Made by a program: the position numbers and the translations under genes. Shown here one piece after another: positions 36,929-49,714 of a DNA stretch of 64,000 bases (within the stretch, counting starts at the first letter, position 1; every line of letters begins with the position of its first letter). Origin of the DNA: Anaeromyxobacteraceae bacterium (GTDB lineage: Bacteria; Myxococcota; Myxococcia; Myxococcales; Anaeromyxobacteraceae); NCBI GenBank assembly GCA_047602405.1, contig JASGHJ010000002.1, forward strand, positions 2,304,001 to 2,368,000. Reading direction: 5' to 3'. The notes beneath the pieces are model-generated. The model worked only from the letters and a program-made list of their open reading frames with translations. It was not told the origin of the DNA and did no database searches.

Positions 36929-38617
36929 CTAATCGCCCGTCTGGATGGTGTGCACGCCCTCGGCGAGCACGCTCGTCATGCCGCCGGTCACGTTGACCAC
37001 GTCGGCGAAGCCCTTGCCCTTCAGGATCCGGAGCGCGAGGTGCGCCCGGAACCCGCTCTTGCAGACCACCGCGATCTTCCGGTCGCGCGGCAGCGACTCG
37101 AGCTCGAAGCGGAGCTCGTCCACCGGCACGTTCCGCGCGCCCGCGACGTGGCCCCGCTCGTACTCGGTGCCGTTCCGCACGTCGAGGACGAGCGGCGGGT
37201 TCGCCCCGTCGAGGGCGGCCCGGAGCTGCCCCGCCGTCATGAGCGGCGCATGCCCCTTCACGTCGTTGAGCCCCACCATCGCGACGAGGTTCACGGGATC
37301 GTTCGCCGACGAGTACGGCGGCGCATAGGCGAGGTCGAGCTCCTCGAGGTCGTGGAGCGTCATCCCGCCCTGGAGCGCGGTCGCGAGCACGTCGATGCGC
37401 TTGTCCGCGCCGGCGTGGCCGAAGGCCTGGCCGCCGAGGAGCTTCGCGGTCTTCCGGTCGTAGACGACCTTGAGGAGGAGCTCCTGCGCGCCCGGGTAGT
37501 AGCCGGCGTGGTGGTCCTTGTGGATGACCGCCACGCCCACGTCGAGGCCGGCCTCGCGGGCCGCGCGCTCGGAGAGGCCGGTCATGCCCGCGGTGGCCTC
37601 GAACACCTTCACGACCGAGGTGCCGAGCGCGCCGTGGTAGCGCAGGTCCCCGCCGAGCGCGTTCGTGGCCGCGATGCGGCCCTGGCGGTTCGCGGGGCCG
37701 GCGAGCGGGATGCGCGCGCGCTTCCCGGAGATCTTGTGGAGGACCTCGACCATGTCGCCGGCCGCGAGCACGTCGGGGTCGCTCGTCTCGAGCCGGTCGT
37801 TCACGAGGAGCGCGCCGGTGGGGCCGATCTCGAGGCCGGCCGCCCGCGCGAGCGCGAGCTCGGGCCGCACGCCGACCGAGAGGAGCACCACCTCGGCCGG
37901 GAGCCGCCGCCCGTCGGCGAGCTCGAGGGTCTTCTCCTCGGGGTGGACGGCCTTCACGCCCACGCCGGTCACCACCTTCACGCCGTTCGCCTCGAGCTCG
38001 CCCTGCACGCGGTGGCCGAGCTCGGCGTCCATGACGGCCATCACCGTCGGGAGGAGCTCCACGACCGTGACCTCGAGGCCGCGGCGCCTGAGCGCCTCGG
38101 CCATCTCGAGCCCGATGAACCCGCCTCCGACGACGACCGCGGTGCGGGGCTTCTCCGTGTCGAGGAAGCCGTGGATCCGGTCGGTGTCCGGCACGGTCCA
38201 GAGCTGGAAGACGTGCGGCGCATCCACGCCGGGCAAGGGCGGCTTCACCGGGTTGCCGCCCTGGGCGAGGATGAGCTTGTCGTACTGCAACCACTCCTCA
38301 CGCTGTGTTGCCGCTGCGCCGGCTGGCGGCCCCTTCACGCGGACCCGCTTCCCGGCCCGGTCGAGCTCGAGCGCCTCGGTCTTCACCTTGACCTTGACCC
38401 CGTACCGCGCGTCGAAGCCCTCCGGCGTCTGGAGCAGGAGCTGGGACCGCTTCTGGATGTCCCGGGCGATGAAGTACGGCAGGCCGCAGTTCGCGTAGGA
38501 GACGTACGGCCCCCGCTCGAGGACGGTGATCTCCGCCTCCTCGTCGAGCCGCCGCGCGCGCGCCGCGGCGGTGGCCCCGCCCGCGACACCGCCGATGATC
38601 AGGATCCGCCTGGCCAT
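36929..38617 (-). CDS. CoA-disulfide/persulfide reductase with C-terminal rhodanese domain
   Basis: GGVAGG, SYANCGLPY, GGGFIGLE, LAYAPPYSS, CKSGFR. Confidence 0.93.
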   Translation of the reverse strand: MARRILIIGGVAGGATAAARARRLDEEAEITVLERGPYVSYANCGLPYFIARDIQKRSQLLLQTPEGFDARYGVKVKVKTEALELDRAGKRVRVKGPPAGAAATQREEWLQYDKLILAQGGNPVKPPLPGVDAPHVFQLWTVPDTDRIHGFLDTEKPRTAVVVGGGFIGLEMAEALRRRGLEVTVVELLPTVMAVMDAELGHRVQGELEANGVKVVTGVGVKAVHPEEKTLELADGRRLPAEVVLLSVGVRPELALARAAGLEIGPTGALLVNDRLETSDPDVLAAGDMVEVLHKISGKRARIPLAGPANRQGRIAATNALGGDLRYHGALGTSVVKVFEATAGMTGLSERAAREAGLDVGVAVIHKDHHAGYYPGAQELLLKVVYDRKTAKLLGGQAFGHAGADKRIDVLATALQGGMTLHDLEELDLAYAPPYSSANDPVNLVAMVGLNDVKGHAPLMTAGQLRAALDGANPPLVLDVRNGTEYERGHVAGARNVPVDELRFELESLPRDRKIAVVCKSGFRAHLALRILKGKGFADVVNVTGGMTSVLAEGVHTIQTGD

Positions 38618-38730
38618 TTTCCCGTCTCCTTCCGCAACCATCAGAGCCGCCCGCCTCTGAAAGGGTTCGCGCGCTCGCCGCGTCGCGCCATGACGATACC
38701 GTGACCTTCGGGGCGCTCAATGGGAACCAC

Positions 38731-39390
38731 ATGAGCACCGCCATCGCCGCCGACCGCCCGAAGCCGCTCCTCCGCGGCGTCTCCCACGAGATCGCCGCCT
38801 TCGTCGTCGCCCCCGCGGCGCTCGCGCTCGTCGCCGCGGCCCGCGGCGCCTCCGCGGTCGCCGGCGCCGCCGTCTACGGGCTGAGCGTCTTCCTGCTCTT
38901 CCTCATCTCGGCGACGTACCACCGGCCGATGTGGACGCCCCGCGCGCGCCTCATCATGCAGCGCCTCGACCACTCCGCCATCTTCGTGCTCATCGCCGGC
39001 ACGTACACGCCCTTCTGCCTGCTCCTCGGCGCGAACGGCACCGCGATGCTGGTCGGCGTCTGGGTGGGCGCGCTCCTCGGCGTCGCGATGAGCCTCTTCT
39101 GGCCGAAGGCGCCGAAGCCGCTCGTCGCGCTCGTGGCGGTGCTGCTCGGCTGGCAAATCCTCCCGCTCACGCCGGCGCTCAAGGGCACCATCGGCCCCGA
39201 GTCGCTCGTGCTCCTCCTCGCGGGCGGCGTCCTCTACACCATCGGCGCCCTCGTCTACGCCACGCGCCGGCCCGATCCGGCGCCGCGCATCTTCGGCTTC
39301 CACGAGATCTTCCACCTCTTCGTCGTCGCCGCGGCGGTCTGCCACTTCGCGGCGGTGCGCCAGGCGGTGTCGGCGCTCTCGGGCGCCTGA
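38731..39390 (+). CDS. Hemolysin III / PAQR family membrane protein
   Basis: SATYH, LDHSAIFVLIAGTYTP, HEIFHLFV. Confidence 0.92.
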   Translation: MSTAIAADRPKPLLRGVSHEIAAFVVAPAALALVAAARGASAVAGAAVYGLSVFLLFLISATYHRPMWTPRARLIMQRLDHSAIFVLIAGTYTPFCLLLGANGTAMLVGVWVGALLGVAMSLFWPKAPKPLVALVAVLLGWQILPLTPALKGTIGPESLVLLLAGGVLYTIGALVYATRRPDPAPRIFGFHEIFHLFVVAAAVCHFAAVRQAVSALSGA

Positions 39391-39422
39391 AGCGGCCCGC
39401 GCGGCGGGCCCGGCGACGCAGG

Positions 39423-39926
39423 CTACGGGCAGGCCTTCAGGACGAGCCCCTCGCCGGTCACCCGGCCCGCGGCGCCCTGGAACCCGACGTCCACGGCCGT
39501 CAGCGTGACGGTGCCGTCCGACGCCTGGGTCCACGCGACGCTCCCGTCGGCCGCGTCGTACCCGAGCGTCGCGACGTCGCGCGCGTAGCCGGTCACCGCG
39601 CCGACCGCCTCGCCCGCCGCGGGCGCCGCCTTCGGCGCGGTCACCACCGCCTGGCTCGCGCCGCCCGCCTGCGGCGCGACCCGGAGCGCGAGGAGCGTCC
39701 ACTGCGTCTGCGGCACCGCGCTGATCGCGGCGCAGGTGTCCGGCTGATCCGAGACGTACAGCGCGAGCCCGTAGGCCGTCTGCACGGCCGCGCCGGAGAC
39801 CGCGTGCAGCTCGAGCCCGCCGACCGTGAAGCGAAGGTCCCCGTCCGGCCCTCCCTGCACCGGCGGGTTCGAGCACCCGGCGGCGAGGGCGCCCGCGAGG
39901 GCGAGGGCGGCGGGGGCGCGCTTCAC
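39423..39926 (-). CDS. Hypothetical lipoprotein
   Basis: GTG start 2 bp after the upstream stop; lipobox LAAGC; beta-rich sequence. Confidence 0.7.
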   Translation of the reverse strand: MKRAPAALALAGALAAGCSNPPVQGGPDGDLRFTVGGLELHAVSGAAVQTAYGLALYVSDQPDTCAAISAVPQTQWTLLALRVAPQAGGASQAVVTAPKAAPAAGEAVGAVTGYARDVATLGYDAADGSVAWTQASDGTVTLTAVDVGFQGAAGRVTGEGLVLKACP

Positions 39927-39928
39927 GC

Positions 39929-41458
39929 TCAGCGCAGCTCCGAGAAGCTGATCCGCACCTTGTGGCGGCCGTCGGGATCGCTCGCGATGACGCCGAGGTC
40001 CTCCACCTGCGCGACCTTGCCCTGGAACGTGTAGGGCGTGGTCCGGGCGGCGAGCGCGTCGACCTGGTCGGCGGGGAACGCGAAGTAGAGCGGGGCCGGG
40101 GTCCCGGCCAGCCAGTGCGAGAAGAGGTACATGACGAGCGCGTGCTCGTGGGAGTGGAACCCGCTCTTCCACTCGTTGCACTTCGAGGTGTCGCCGTCCG
40201 ACCAGTTGAAGTGCCCGCCGCTCCGGTTGATCGAGGCGTAGACCTCCTTCGCGGACTCCCGGCCGATCGTCCGATCGACGAAGTGGTCGACGAACGCCGG
40301 GGCCGTGACGGCGAGCGTGGGCAGCCAGGTCGAGGGGGCGTGCATCGCGAGCGTGGCGGTGAACTGGTCGGCCTCGGCGTAGATCCACCAGTCGGAGCCG
40401 TAGGCGGCGGTGCTGGACGAGGTGGGCCGGTTGCCCCACCAGCCGGTCAAGGGGTCCACCGCGAGCTGGACGTTCGCCGGCGCGTTCGTCGAGACGAACG
40501 CGGCGAACGGGTGATCGTCGAGCCGCTTGTCGATCTGCGTGAGCGCCCAGTAGGCCTTGAGGCCGTGGCCGAAGTCGGCGTGCCGGGAGCCGAAGACGCC
40601 CTTCGTCGCCGTGGTCCCCCACATGAAGCCGTCCTGGAAGAACCGATCCTTCATGGTGGTGCCGAGGGTGCGCAGGTCGCCGAGCAGCTGGGTGCGGCGC
40701 GCCGGGTCGGTGAGCGCCGGCTGCGCGAGCAGCATGAAGGCCGTCACGGGGTCCAGCTGGGCGACGAGCTCCCAGCTGCCGGCGCCGGACATGTACGCCT
40801 CCGCGGTGAGCCCCGCGTTCATGCCGTCCTTGATGCGCTGGTTCGGGGCGTCCCAGTACTTCGCCGGGTCGAAGAGGAGGTCGCGGGTGGCGAGCACCGC
40901 CGCCTCGGCGGCCGGGTCGCGGGTCACGTAGAAGTACGCGGCCGGCCCCATCACCGTGTACGAGAAGTCCTGGGCGAACTTGTCGCCCGTGCCGGACGGC
41001 GCGCCGGTCGCGTCGAGATCGGCATACCAGCCGCCCACCGCCGCGTCCCACGCGTGGTCCTCGAGGAACTTCGCGCCGGCGCGGGCGAGCCCCAGGGCCT
41101 GCTCGTCGCCGGTCATCAGGTACTCGACCGCGTACGCGAACGTCTGCCGCCCCATCATGCGGGGCTTGCGCGCGCCGTTCGAGGTGGTCGCGCCCATCAT
41201 CGTGCGGTAGGTGGGGAAGTTGCCGACGGGCGTGCCCTTCGCCGCGTCCTGCGCCCAGTACGGGGCGAGGTCGCCGGTGAGGTGGGCCGTCCAGCTCGCG
41301 GGGTCGAGGCCCGCGGGCGCCGCCGCCGCGGGCGGCGCGGTGTACGCGTAGGGGTCGGTCGAGTCCGGTCCCGCCTTCTTGTCGGAGCCGCACGCCACGA
41401 GCGCGAGGGCGAGGAGGAGGGCCGCGGGGCGGTGGAGCGTCGTCGTCATGGTCGTCAT
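39929..41458 (-). CDS. AGE-family (N-acylglucosamine/cellobiose 2-epimerase-like) lipoprotein
   Basis: Lipobox LVAC; GRQTFAYA, WDAAVGGWY, DFGHGLKAYW, WWIYAEA, WKSGFHSHE. Confidence 0.75.
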   Translation of the reverse strand: MTTMTTTLHRPAALLLALALVACGSDKKAGPDSTDPYAYTAPPAAAAPAGLDPASWTAHLTGDLAPYWAQDAAKGTPVGNFPTYRTMMGATTSNGARKPRMMGRQTFAYAVEYLMTGDEQALGLARAGAKFLEDHAWDAAVGGWYADLDATGAPSGTGDKFAQDFSYTVMGPAAYFYVTRDPAAEAAVLATRDLLFDPAKYWDAPNQRIKDGMNAGLTAEAYMSGAGSWELVAQLDPVTAFMLLAQPALTDPARRTQLLGDLRTLGTTMKDRFFQDGFMWGTTATKGVFGSRHADFGHGLKAYWALTQIDKRLDDHPFAAFVSTNAPANVQLAVDPLTGWWGNRPTSSSTAAYGSDWWIYAEADQFTATLAMHAPSTWLPTLAVTAPAFVDHFVDRTIGRESAKEVYASINRSGGHFNWSDGDTSKCNEWKSGFHSHEHALVMYLFSHWLAGTPAPLYFAFPADQVDALAARTTPYTFQGKVAQVEDLGVIASDPDGRHKVRISFSELR

Positions 41459-41510
41459 CCTCGGCGCGAAGCCGCCGCGCGGGCAGCCACCCACCGTCCG
41501 TGCCTTGCCG

Positions 41511-43299
<1,789 letters not shown>

Positions 43300-43442
43300 T
43301 CGAGTTCTCTCCTCCGCCGCAGGGTATGTGCCGGGTACCCGTTCGCGTCAAGCGCCGCGACCACGCCGCGCTTGAACCCGCTCGGCCTCCGCGCTTAGGG
43401 TCTCTCCGCGCACGACCGCGCCCCTCGAAGCCCGGAGGTCGC

Positions 43443-46086
43443 ATGTCCCCGAAGCTCCGCTCGTCCCTCGCGCTCCTCGCCGCCTGCGCGCTCGCCGCCT
43501 GCGGCTCGAGCGACTCGAAGAAGCCCGACCTCGAGCTGCACGTCCCCTCCCCCGCGTGGGAGGATCAGGTCGTCTACTTCGTCCTGACCGACCGCTTCGC
43601 CGACGGCGATCCCTCCAACGACGATCAGGGCAAGGACGAGTACGACCCCGCCGACGAGGCCAAGTACTCCGGCGGCGACCTGCGCGGCGTGCAGCAGAAG
43701 CTCGACTACATCCAGGGGCTCGGCGCGACCGCGGTCTGGATCACGCCGCCCGTCGCGGCGCAGTGGTGGGACCCGCTCGTCAAGTTCGGCGGCTACCACG
43801 GCTACTGGGCGCGCAACCACAGGAAGGTCGACGAGCACGTGGGCACGCTCGACGACTACAAGGCGCTCTCCGACGCCCTCCACCGGCGCGGGATGTACCT
43901 CATCCAGGACATCGTCCCGAACCACATGGGCAACTTCTTCACGTACCAGGGCGCGTACGATCCGGCCGACCCGACGAAGAACTTCGTGATGAACACGGCC
44001 TCGGTGCCGACCGCGAAGCCCGACCAGGCGCCCTTCGACCAGGACGACGTCCGCGTCGCCGCCCAGCGCACGGCGGGCATCTACCACTGGACCCCGCAGA
44101 ATCACGAACTTCACCGACCCGGTGCAGGAGAAGACCTGGCAGATCTCCGACCTCGACGACCTCGACACCTCGAACCCGGTGGTCCGCACCGCGCTGCGCG
44201 ACTCGTTCGGCTACTGGATCAAGGAGGTCGGCGTCGACGCCTTCCGGGTGGACACCGCGAAGTTCGTCGAGCACGAGTTCTGGAACGACTTCTTCCAGTC
44301 GAGCGACGCCGCCGCGCCCGGCATCAAGGCCGCGGCCGCCTCCACGGGCCGCAACGACTTCCTCGCGTTCGGCGAGGTGTTCGAGGTCTCCGACCCGCTC
44401 GCCGACGGCGGCGAGCAGAAGGTGGCGAGCTACCTCGGGACGGCCGGGGCGCCGGAGCTCCCGTCGGTACTGCAGTTCCCGCTCTACGAGGAGATCGGCC
44501 GCGTCTTCGCGACCGGCGGGCCGACCTCCTGGCTCGGCTACCGGCTCGGCAAGTTCACCGACGGCAGCTACTTCCCGGACCCGAAGCGCATCCCGACCTT
44601 CATCGACAACCACGACGTGCGCCGGTTCCTCTCCATCGGGACGCAGAAGGGCCTGTCCCAGGCGCTCGCGTTCATGTTCACCATCCCCGGCATCCCGGTC
44701 GTCTACTACGGCACGGAGCAGGCGTTCGCCGAGACCCGCGACGCCATGTTCAAGGGCGGCAACACGAAGAAGGGCGTCCGCGACGCGGACGCGTTCGACG
44801 CGACCGCGCCGGTCTACCAGGTGCTGAAGGACCTCGCGGCGCTGCGCAAGGCCAACCCCGCGCTCACCCGCGGCGCGACGGCGGTGATCGCCCAGAGCGA
44901 GACGCCCGGCGCCTTCGCCTACCGGCGCTCGTACCAGGGCGCCGACCTCCTCGTGCTCATGAACACGGCCGACGAGCCGGTGCTGTACTCGGACGTCTCG
45001 ACCGGGCTCGCGGCGGGAAGCCAGCTGCAGCTCCTCTACGGCCTCGAGGCGCCGGCGGAGCTGCCGGTCGTCGCCGCCGGCGGCAAGCTCACCACCATCC
45101 TGCCGGGCCGCTCGGTCGTCGTCGCGAAGGCGAGCGGCACCACCACCGTGCCGACGCCGACCGTGACGATCACGGTCGACACGGCCATCGAGGGGAAGAC
45201 CTTCACCGACGACGTCGTCATCTCCGGCACGGTCAGCCCCGCCGACGCGCCGCTCAGCATGATCGTCGACGGGCTCATCAACCAGTCGGTGGCCGTGACG
45301 CGCGGCCAGGGCGGCGCGTGGACCGCCACCCTCCCCGTGTCGCTCTTCCCGGTCGGGGTCGAGAAGCACTCGGTGGCCTTCTACTCCGCGGCCGCGAAGG
45401 TCTCCTCGCCGCGCTACCAGTTCACGACGAGCGTCGTGTTCGTGGGCAGCGTGCTCGAGGTGGACGACGCGACCGGCGACGACAAGGGGCCGGGCGGGAC
45501 GTACCTCTACCCGACCGACACCACCTTCGGCTCGCAGATGGACGTCGCGCACGTCACCGCCGAGGTCGGGGTCACGACCCTGAAGCTCAAGGTCCGGATG
45601 GCGGACTGGACGACGGTCTGGAACCCCTCGCTCGGGTTCGACCACGTCGCCTTCAACGTCTACTTCCAGGTGCCCGGGCAGGCGGGCAAGACGGCGCTGC
45701 CGAAGCTGAACGCGAGCGCGCCGGCCGGCTTCACCTGGCGGTACGCGCAGTTCACCTACGGCTGGTCGAACGCGATGTACAGCTCGACGGACGCGACCGC
45801 GGACGCGTACGGCGGCAACGTCCCGGCGCCCTCGGTGTCGGCGGACGCGGCCACGAAGACCGTCACGTTCACGTACAACCGGAACGCCTACGGGCTCGCG
45901 AGCTGGACCGGCGTGAAGGTCTGGATCGCGACCTGGGACTTCGACGGCATCGGCGCGTCGTTCCGGAAGATCTTCGCGACGGCGCACCCGTACGACATGG
46001 CCGGCGGCACCGTGAGCTGCAACGACACGGACGGCTGCCTGGATCCCCGGATCATGGACTCGGTCGGGCCGATCACCTTCCCGTGA
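43443..46086 (+). CDS. GH13 alpha-amylase lipoprotein with C-terminal glucodextranase/DOMON-like domain (frameshift ~44100)
   Basis: LAAC; YFVLTDRF, YHGYW, DAFRVDTAK, GEV, FIDNHD; DDATGDDKGPGGTYLYPT. Confidence 0.88.
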
Positions 46087-46095
46087 AACGCGAAG

Positions 46096-46160
46096 GGGGC
46101 CGCGCGGACGGGCGGCCCCCTCACCTGGCCTCTCCCCCCGCTGGCGCGGGGGGAGAGGGA
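46096..46160. terminator. Tandem hairpins between convergent genes (terminator or REP-like)
   Basis: GGGGGCCGC..GCGGCCCCC and CCTCTCCCCC..GGGGGAGAGG. Confidence 0.5.
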
Positions 46161-46171
46161 GGCGTTCCGAT

Positions 46172-49100
46172 CTAGTTGGCAGTCCGGGTGTTGCACGGCA
46201 GGCCGGCGCCCTGCGCGCCCGCCTGGGCCTTCTCGAACACCGCGGTGGTGCGGGCCGGCACGGTGAACGAGGTGCCGGTCGCGGTCGCCGTCTTGACCAC
46301 CGCGTCGCCGCCGTTCGCCTGGATGGCCGCGAGGGCGAAGCCGCTCGCGCCGGGCACGGTCATCGTGTGCGAGACCTTGTCGGCGTTCAGGATGACCACG
46401 ATGGCCTCGCGGGTCGGGTCGAGGTCCGCGCCGGCGCAGGTCCCGTCGGTGATGGTCTGCACGACGACGCCCGGCACCTGCGCCGAGCCGCCGTTCTGGT
46501 AGTCGACGCGGGTCATGACGTCGGCCTTGGTGCGCAGGCGGAAGAGCGGCGAGCTCTTGCGCAGGCGGAGGAGCTCGTCGAAGTGCTGCTTCCCGGCCGC
46601 GATGTCGGCGGGCGCCGGGGCGATCGAGGCGTCGGCGAGCAGGGTCTGGATGAGCGGCCAGTTCGCCTGGTCCTTGCCCGCGTTGGGGAGCCCGCTCTTC
46701 CAGCCGTTCTTCTGGAACGTCCAGTCCACGCGGTTGAACCAGTCGCCCGAGTCGTACGAGTCCCGCTCCATCGACTTCGAGCGGAGGAGCTCGTCGGCCA
46801 TGTGGAAGAACGGGATCCCCTGGCCGAGCGCGACGGTGTCGAGGGCGAGGTTGGACATCCGCACCCGGTCCGCCATCGCCATCCCCGCGGGCAGCTTGTA
46901 CTGGAGGATGTCGAAGAGGGTCTGGTTGTCGTGCGCGGAGGCGTAGTTGATGGCCTCCTGCGGGTCGGCCGTGTAGCCCGCCGGCGCGCCGTTGTAGCCC
47001 ACCGTGCCGCCCACGTTCACGTGGTCGTCCCGCTGGAGGAGCATGAAGTCCTTCAGGTTGCCGGCCATCGCGACCTTGATGAGGTCGGTCGAGAGCAGGA
47101 GCTTCGCCTTCCAGTCGGTCGCGGTGTCGGCGGTGGCCTTGTCGTTCGGGTCGGTGTAGAGGCCGCTCGCGAAGCCCTGGTTCTTGCGGAGCGGGGCGCC
47201 GGCGTCGGTGGCGTTGTCGAACGGGCCGCCGCCGCGGACGGCGTCGCGGAGCCGGTCGTTGAAGGTGCCGACGCCGGTGCCGGCCATCGCGCGCTGGGTG
47301 GCGTTCACGCCGCGGGCCTGGGCCTGCACCTCGCCCATGTCCCAGCCCTCGCCGTAGACGTAGATCTTCGAGCCGTCCACGCCGTCGGCGGCGACCGTGA
47401 GCGCCTGGAGCGCCGCCTGCGCCGCGACGACGTCGGCCTTCATGTGGAGCCCCATGAGATCCCAGCGGAAGCCGTCGACCTTGTAGTCGCGCGCCCAGCG
47501 CACCATGGTGTCCACCATGAGCCGCCGCATCATGGCGTGCTCGCTCGCGGTGTTGGCGCAGCAGCTCGAGGTGAGGACGAAGCCGGTGTCGGCGTCGCGG
47601 CGGTGGTAGTAGCCGGGCACGACCTTGTCGAGGACCGACTTCGGCGAGAGGCCGGACGCGTTGGTGTGGTTGTAGACGACGTCCATCACGGTCCTGAGGC
47701 CGATGTCCGAGAGCCCCTTCACCATCTGGCGGAACTCGAGGATGCGGGCGGTCCCCTCGGCCGTGGAGGCGTAGCTGCCCTCCGGCACGCCGTAGTGGAG
47801 CGGGTCGTAGCCCCAGTTGAACCCGTCGACGAGGTGCAGCTGGTTCGCGATCACCTGCTGGCTCTCGGAGTCGCCCGCGAGGCTCTGGAAGACCTCCCAG
47901 ATCGTCATCGCGGTGGTCTTGTACTGGTTGCAGAGCGCGGTCTCGGCCGCGTTCGAGGGCGGCACCGCCGTGCAGAGCTTCGCGTAGGTGTCGGGCACGT
48001 CGACCCGCGCCGCCGGGTCCTCGAGCACGGTCGCGATGTCGAACACCGGCAGGAGGTGGGCGTGGGTGAGGCCCGCCTGCGCGAGCGCCTGCAGGTACGC
48101 GAGGCCGTTCGACTGCGCCTGGCCCTGCGGCGTGACGAAGCCGAGGTACTTGCCGCGCGCGGCCGCCGGCGCGGTCGCGTCGGACTGGCTGAAGTCGCGG
48201 ACGTGCGTCTCGTAGACGACGACGTCCTCCGGCGCCGCGAGGGCGGGCTTCGCGAGCGCGTCCCAGCCGGCGGGCTTCAACGCCGCGTCGGAGAGGTCGA
48301 CGAGCTGCGAGTAGAGCGAGTCGGTCGAGAGGCTCACCGCGTACGGATCGGTGACCGTGAGCGTCTCGATGGCGTCGGTCTCCCAGTGGTAGACCTTCAC
48401 GACGTACCGGTAGAACTTGCCCTTCAGCGCCGCGGTCCCGGTGTACGACCAGACGCCCTTCGCGTCCGCCGTCAGGTCGTGCGACTCCTCCTCGGCCTTC
48501 GCGGCCGAGTAGATCTTGAGCGTGACCGCCTGGGCGGTGGGGGCCCAGAGCGAGAGCGTGGGGTTGCCGCCCGCCCAGGTGATCCCGAGCGGCTCGCCGT
48601 TGGCGTAGAGCGCGTCGATCGCGAACGGCGCCTGGACCTTCGTCGCCTGGAAGAGCGACCCGTCCGCCTTCTTCGCGACCGCGACGAGCTGCCCCTTGAG
48701 CGCGGCCTTCGCGGCCGCGTCGGCGGCGCCTGCCCAGCCGACGTCGAACGCCTTGAAGCCGGCGAGGTGGGGCACGGCGTCGAGGATCGCCTGCGGGACC
48801 GCGGCGGTGCGCGGGGTGAGCGTCACCGCGGTGCCGCCGGTGACCGCGCCGTCCGCGACCTTCACGGCGGCGGTGTCGGAGGTGCGCAGCTCGAACTGGG
48901 TGGCGGACGCGTCGGTGACGTTCCAGAGCACGATGCCCGGCGCGACGAGGTGCGCCGCGGCCCCCGCGAGCTCGACCACGCCGGCCTTGCGCGGCTTCGT
49001 CGAGATCGCCGGCGACCCGGTGACCATGAAGATGACGTTGCCTTGGACGGTCGGATCCCAGTCGGTGATGTCCGGGCCGGGGTCCTTCGTGTCGCCCTTG

Positions 49101-49714
49101 TGGATGATGAAGCAGACCCGGCCGGCGGGGCAGTTCCCGTTCGGCGAGTCCTTCGTGAGGTCGACGAGGAAGCCGGCGCCGAACGTGTCGTCGGCGGCGC
49201 CGGTCGGCTGCACCGGGATGCTCCACTGCGTGTTCTTGGCCTGGTCACCCCAGACGTGCAGCCCCCAGCCGCCGTAGGCCTTGTCGGTGCGCAGGTAGTA
49301 CAGCGCGACCTGGTTCGCGCCCGGCACCGCCGGGAGCTGCGCCGGCGCGACGATGTTCGAGTCCTGCACGACGTACGCGACCCGCGCGTCCCCCGAGACG
49401 TCGATGGTGTGCGCGCCGCCCGCGTCGGCGGTGCCGCCCTTCTTCAGCGTGAAGGTGAGCGCCGTCGCCCCCTGCGAGAGCTCGAGCGAGTAGACCGCGC
49501 CCCAGCCATCCGTGGAGGTGGAGGCGACGCTCGTGCTGGCGGAGCCCGCGCTGACCTCGGCGGTCCAGCCGGCGTAGGTGGCGTCCGGGCGGTGGTAGTG
49601 GATCGTGAAGGTGCTCGAGGCGGGCGGCGTGCCGCCGTCGGACTTCTTGCCGCCTCCGCTGCAGGCGACGAGCGCGGACGCGATCACGGCGAGGGCGATG
49701 CGGGTGCGGGTCAT
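46172..49714 (-). CDS. pulA: Pullulanase-type alpha-1,6-glucosidase lipoprotein
   Basis: LVAC; CBM41-like GWGLHVW; LWAPTA; FNWGYDP; DGFRWDLMG; YGEGW; SAHDN; RSKSMERDSYDSGDWFN. Confidence 0.92.
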   Translation of the reverse strand: MTRTRIALAVIASALVACSGGGKKSDGGTPPASSTFTIHYHRPDATYAGWTAEVSAGSASTSVASTSTDGWGAVYSLELSQGATALTFTLKKGGTADAGGAHTIDVSGDARVAYVVQDSNIVAPAQLPAVPGANQVALYYLRTDKAYGGWGLHVWGDQAKNTQWSIPVQPTGAADDTFGAGFLVDLTKDSPNGNCPAGRVCFIIHKGDTKDPGPDITDWDPTVQGNVIFMVTGSPAISTKPRKAGVVELAGAAAHLVAPGIVLWNVTDASATQFELRTSDTAAVKVADGAVTGGTAVTLTPRTAAVPQAILDAVPHLAGFKAFDVGWAGAADAAAKAALKGQLVAVAKKADGSLFQATKVQAPFAIDALYANGEPLGITWAGGNPTLSLWAPTAQAVTLKIYSAAKAEEESHDLTADAKGVWSYTGTAALKGKFYRYVVKVYHWETDAIETLTVTDPYAVSLSTDSLYSQLVDLSDAALKPAGWDALAKPALAAPEDVVVYETHVRDFSQSDATAPAAARGKYLGFVTPQGQAQSNGLAYLQALAQAGLTHAHLLPVFDIATVLEDPAARVDVPDTYAKLCTAVPPSNAAETALCNQYKTTAMTIWEVFQSLAGDSESQQVIANQLHLVDGFNWGYDPLHYGVPEGSYASTAEGTARILEFRQMVKGLSDIGLRTVMDVVYNHTNASGLSPKSVLDKVVPGYYHRRDADTGFVLTSSCCANTASEHAMMRRLMVDTMVRWARDYKVDGFRWDLMGLHMKADVVAAQAALQALTVAADGVDGSKIYVYGEGWDMGEVQAQARGVNATQRAMAGTGVGTFNDRLRDAVRGGGPFDNATDAGAPLRKNQGFASGLYTDPNDKATADTATDWKAKLLLSTDLIKVAMAGNLKDFMLLQRDDHVNVGGTVGYNGAPAGYTADPQEAINYASAHDNQTLFDILQYKLPAGMAMADRVRMSNLALDTVALGQGIPFFHMADELLRSKSMERDSYDSGDWFNRVDWTFQKNGWKSGLPNAGKDQANWPLIQTLLADASIAPAPADIAAGKQHFDELLRLRKSSPLFRLRTKADVMTRVDYQNGGSAQVPGVVVQTITDGTCAGADLDPTREAIVVILNADKVSHTMTVPGASGFALAAIQANGGDAVVKTATATGTSFTVPARTTAVFEKAQAGAQGAGLPCNTRTAN

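Noticed and set aside
43319..43333. Sigma54-like CGGCAC-N5-CTGC upstream of malS
   Set aside because: Too close to the start codon; the transcript would lose most of the RBS.
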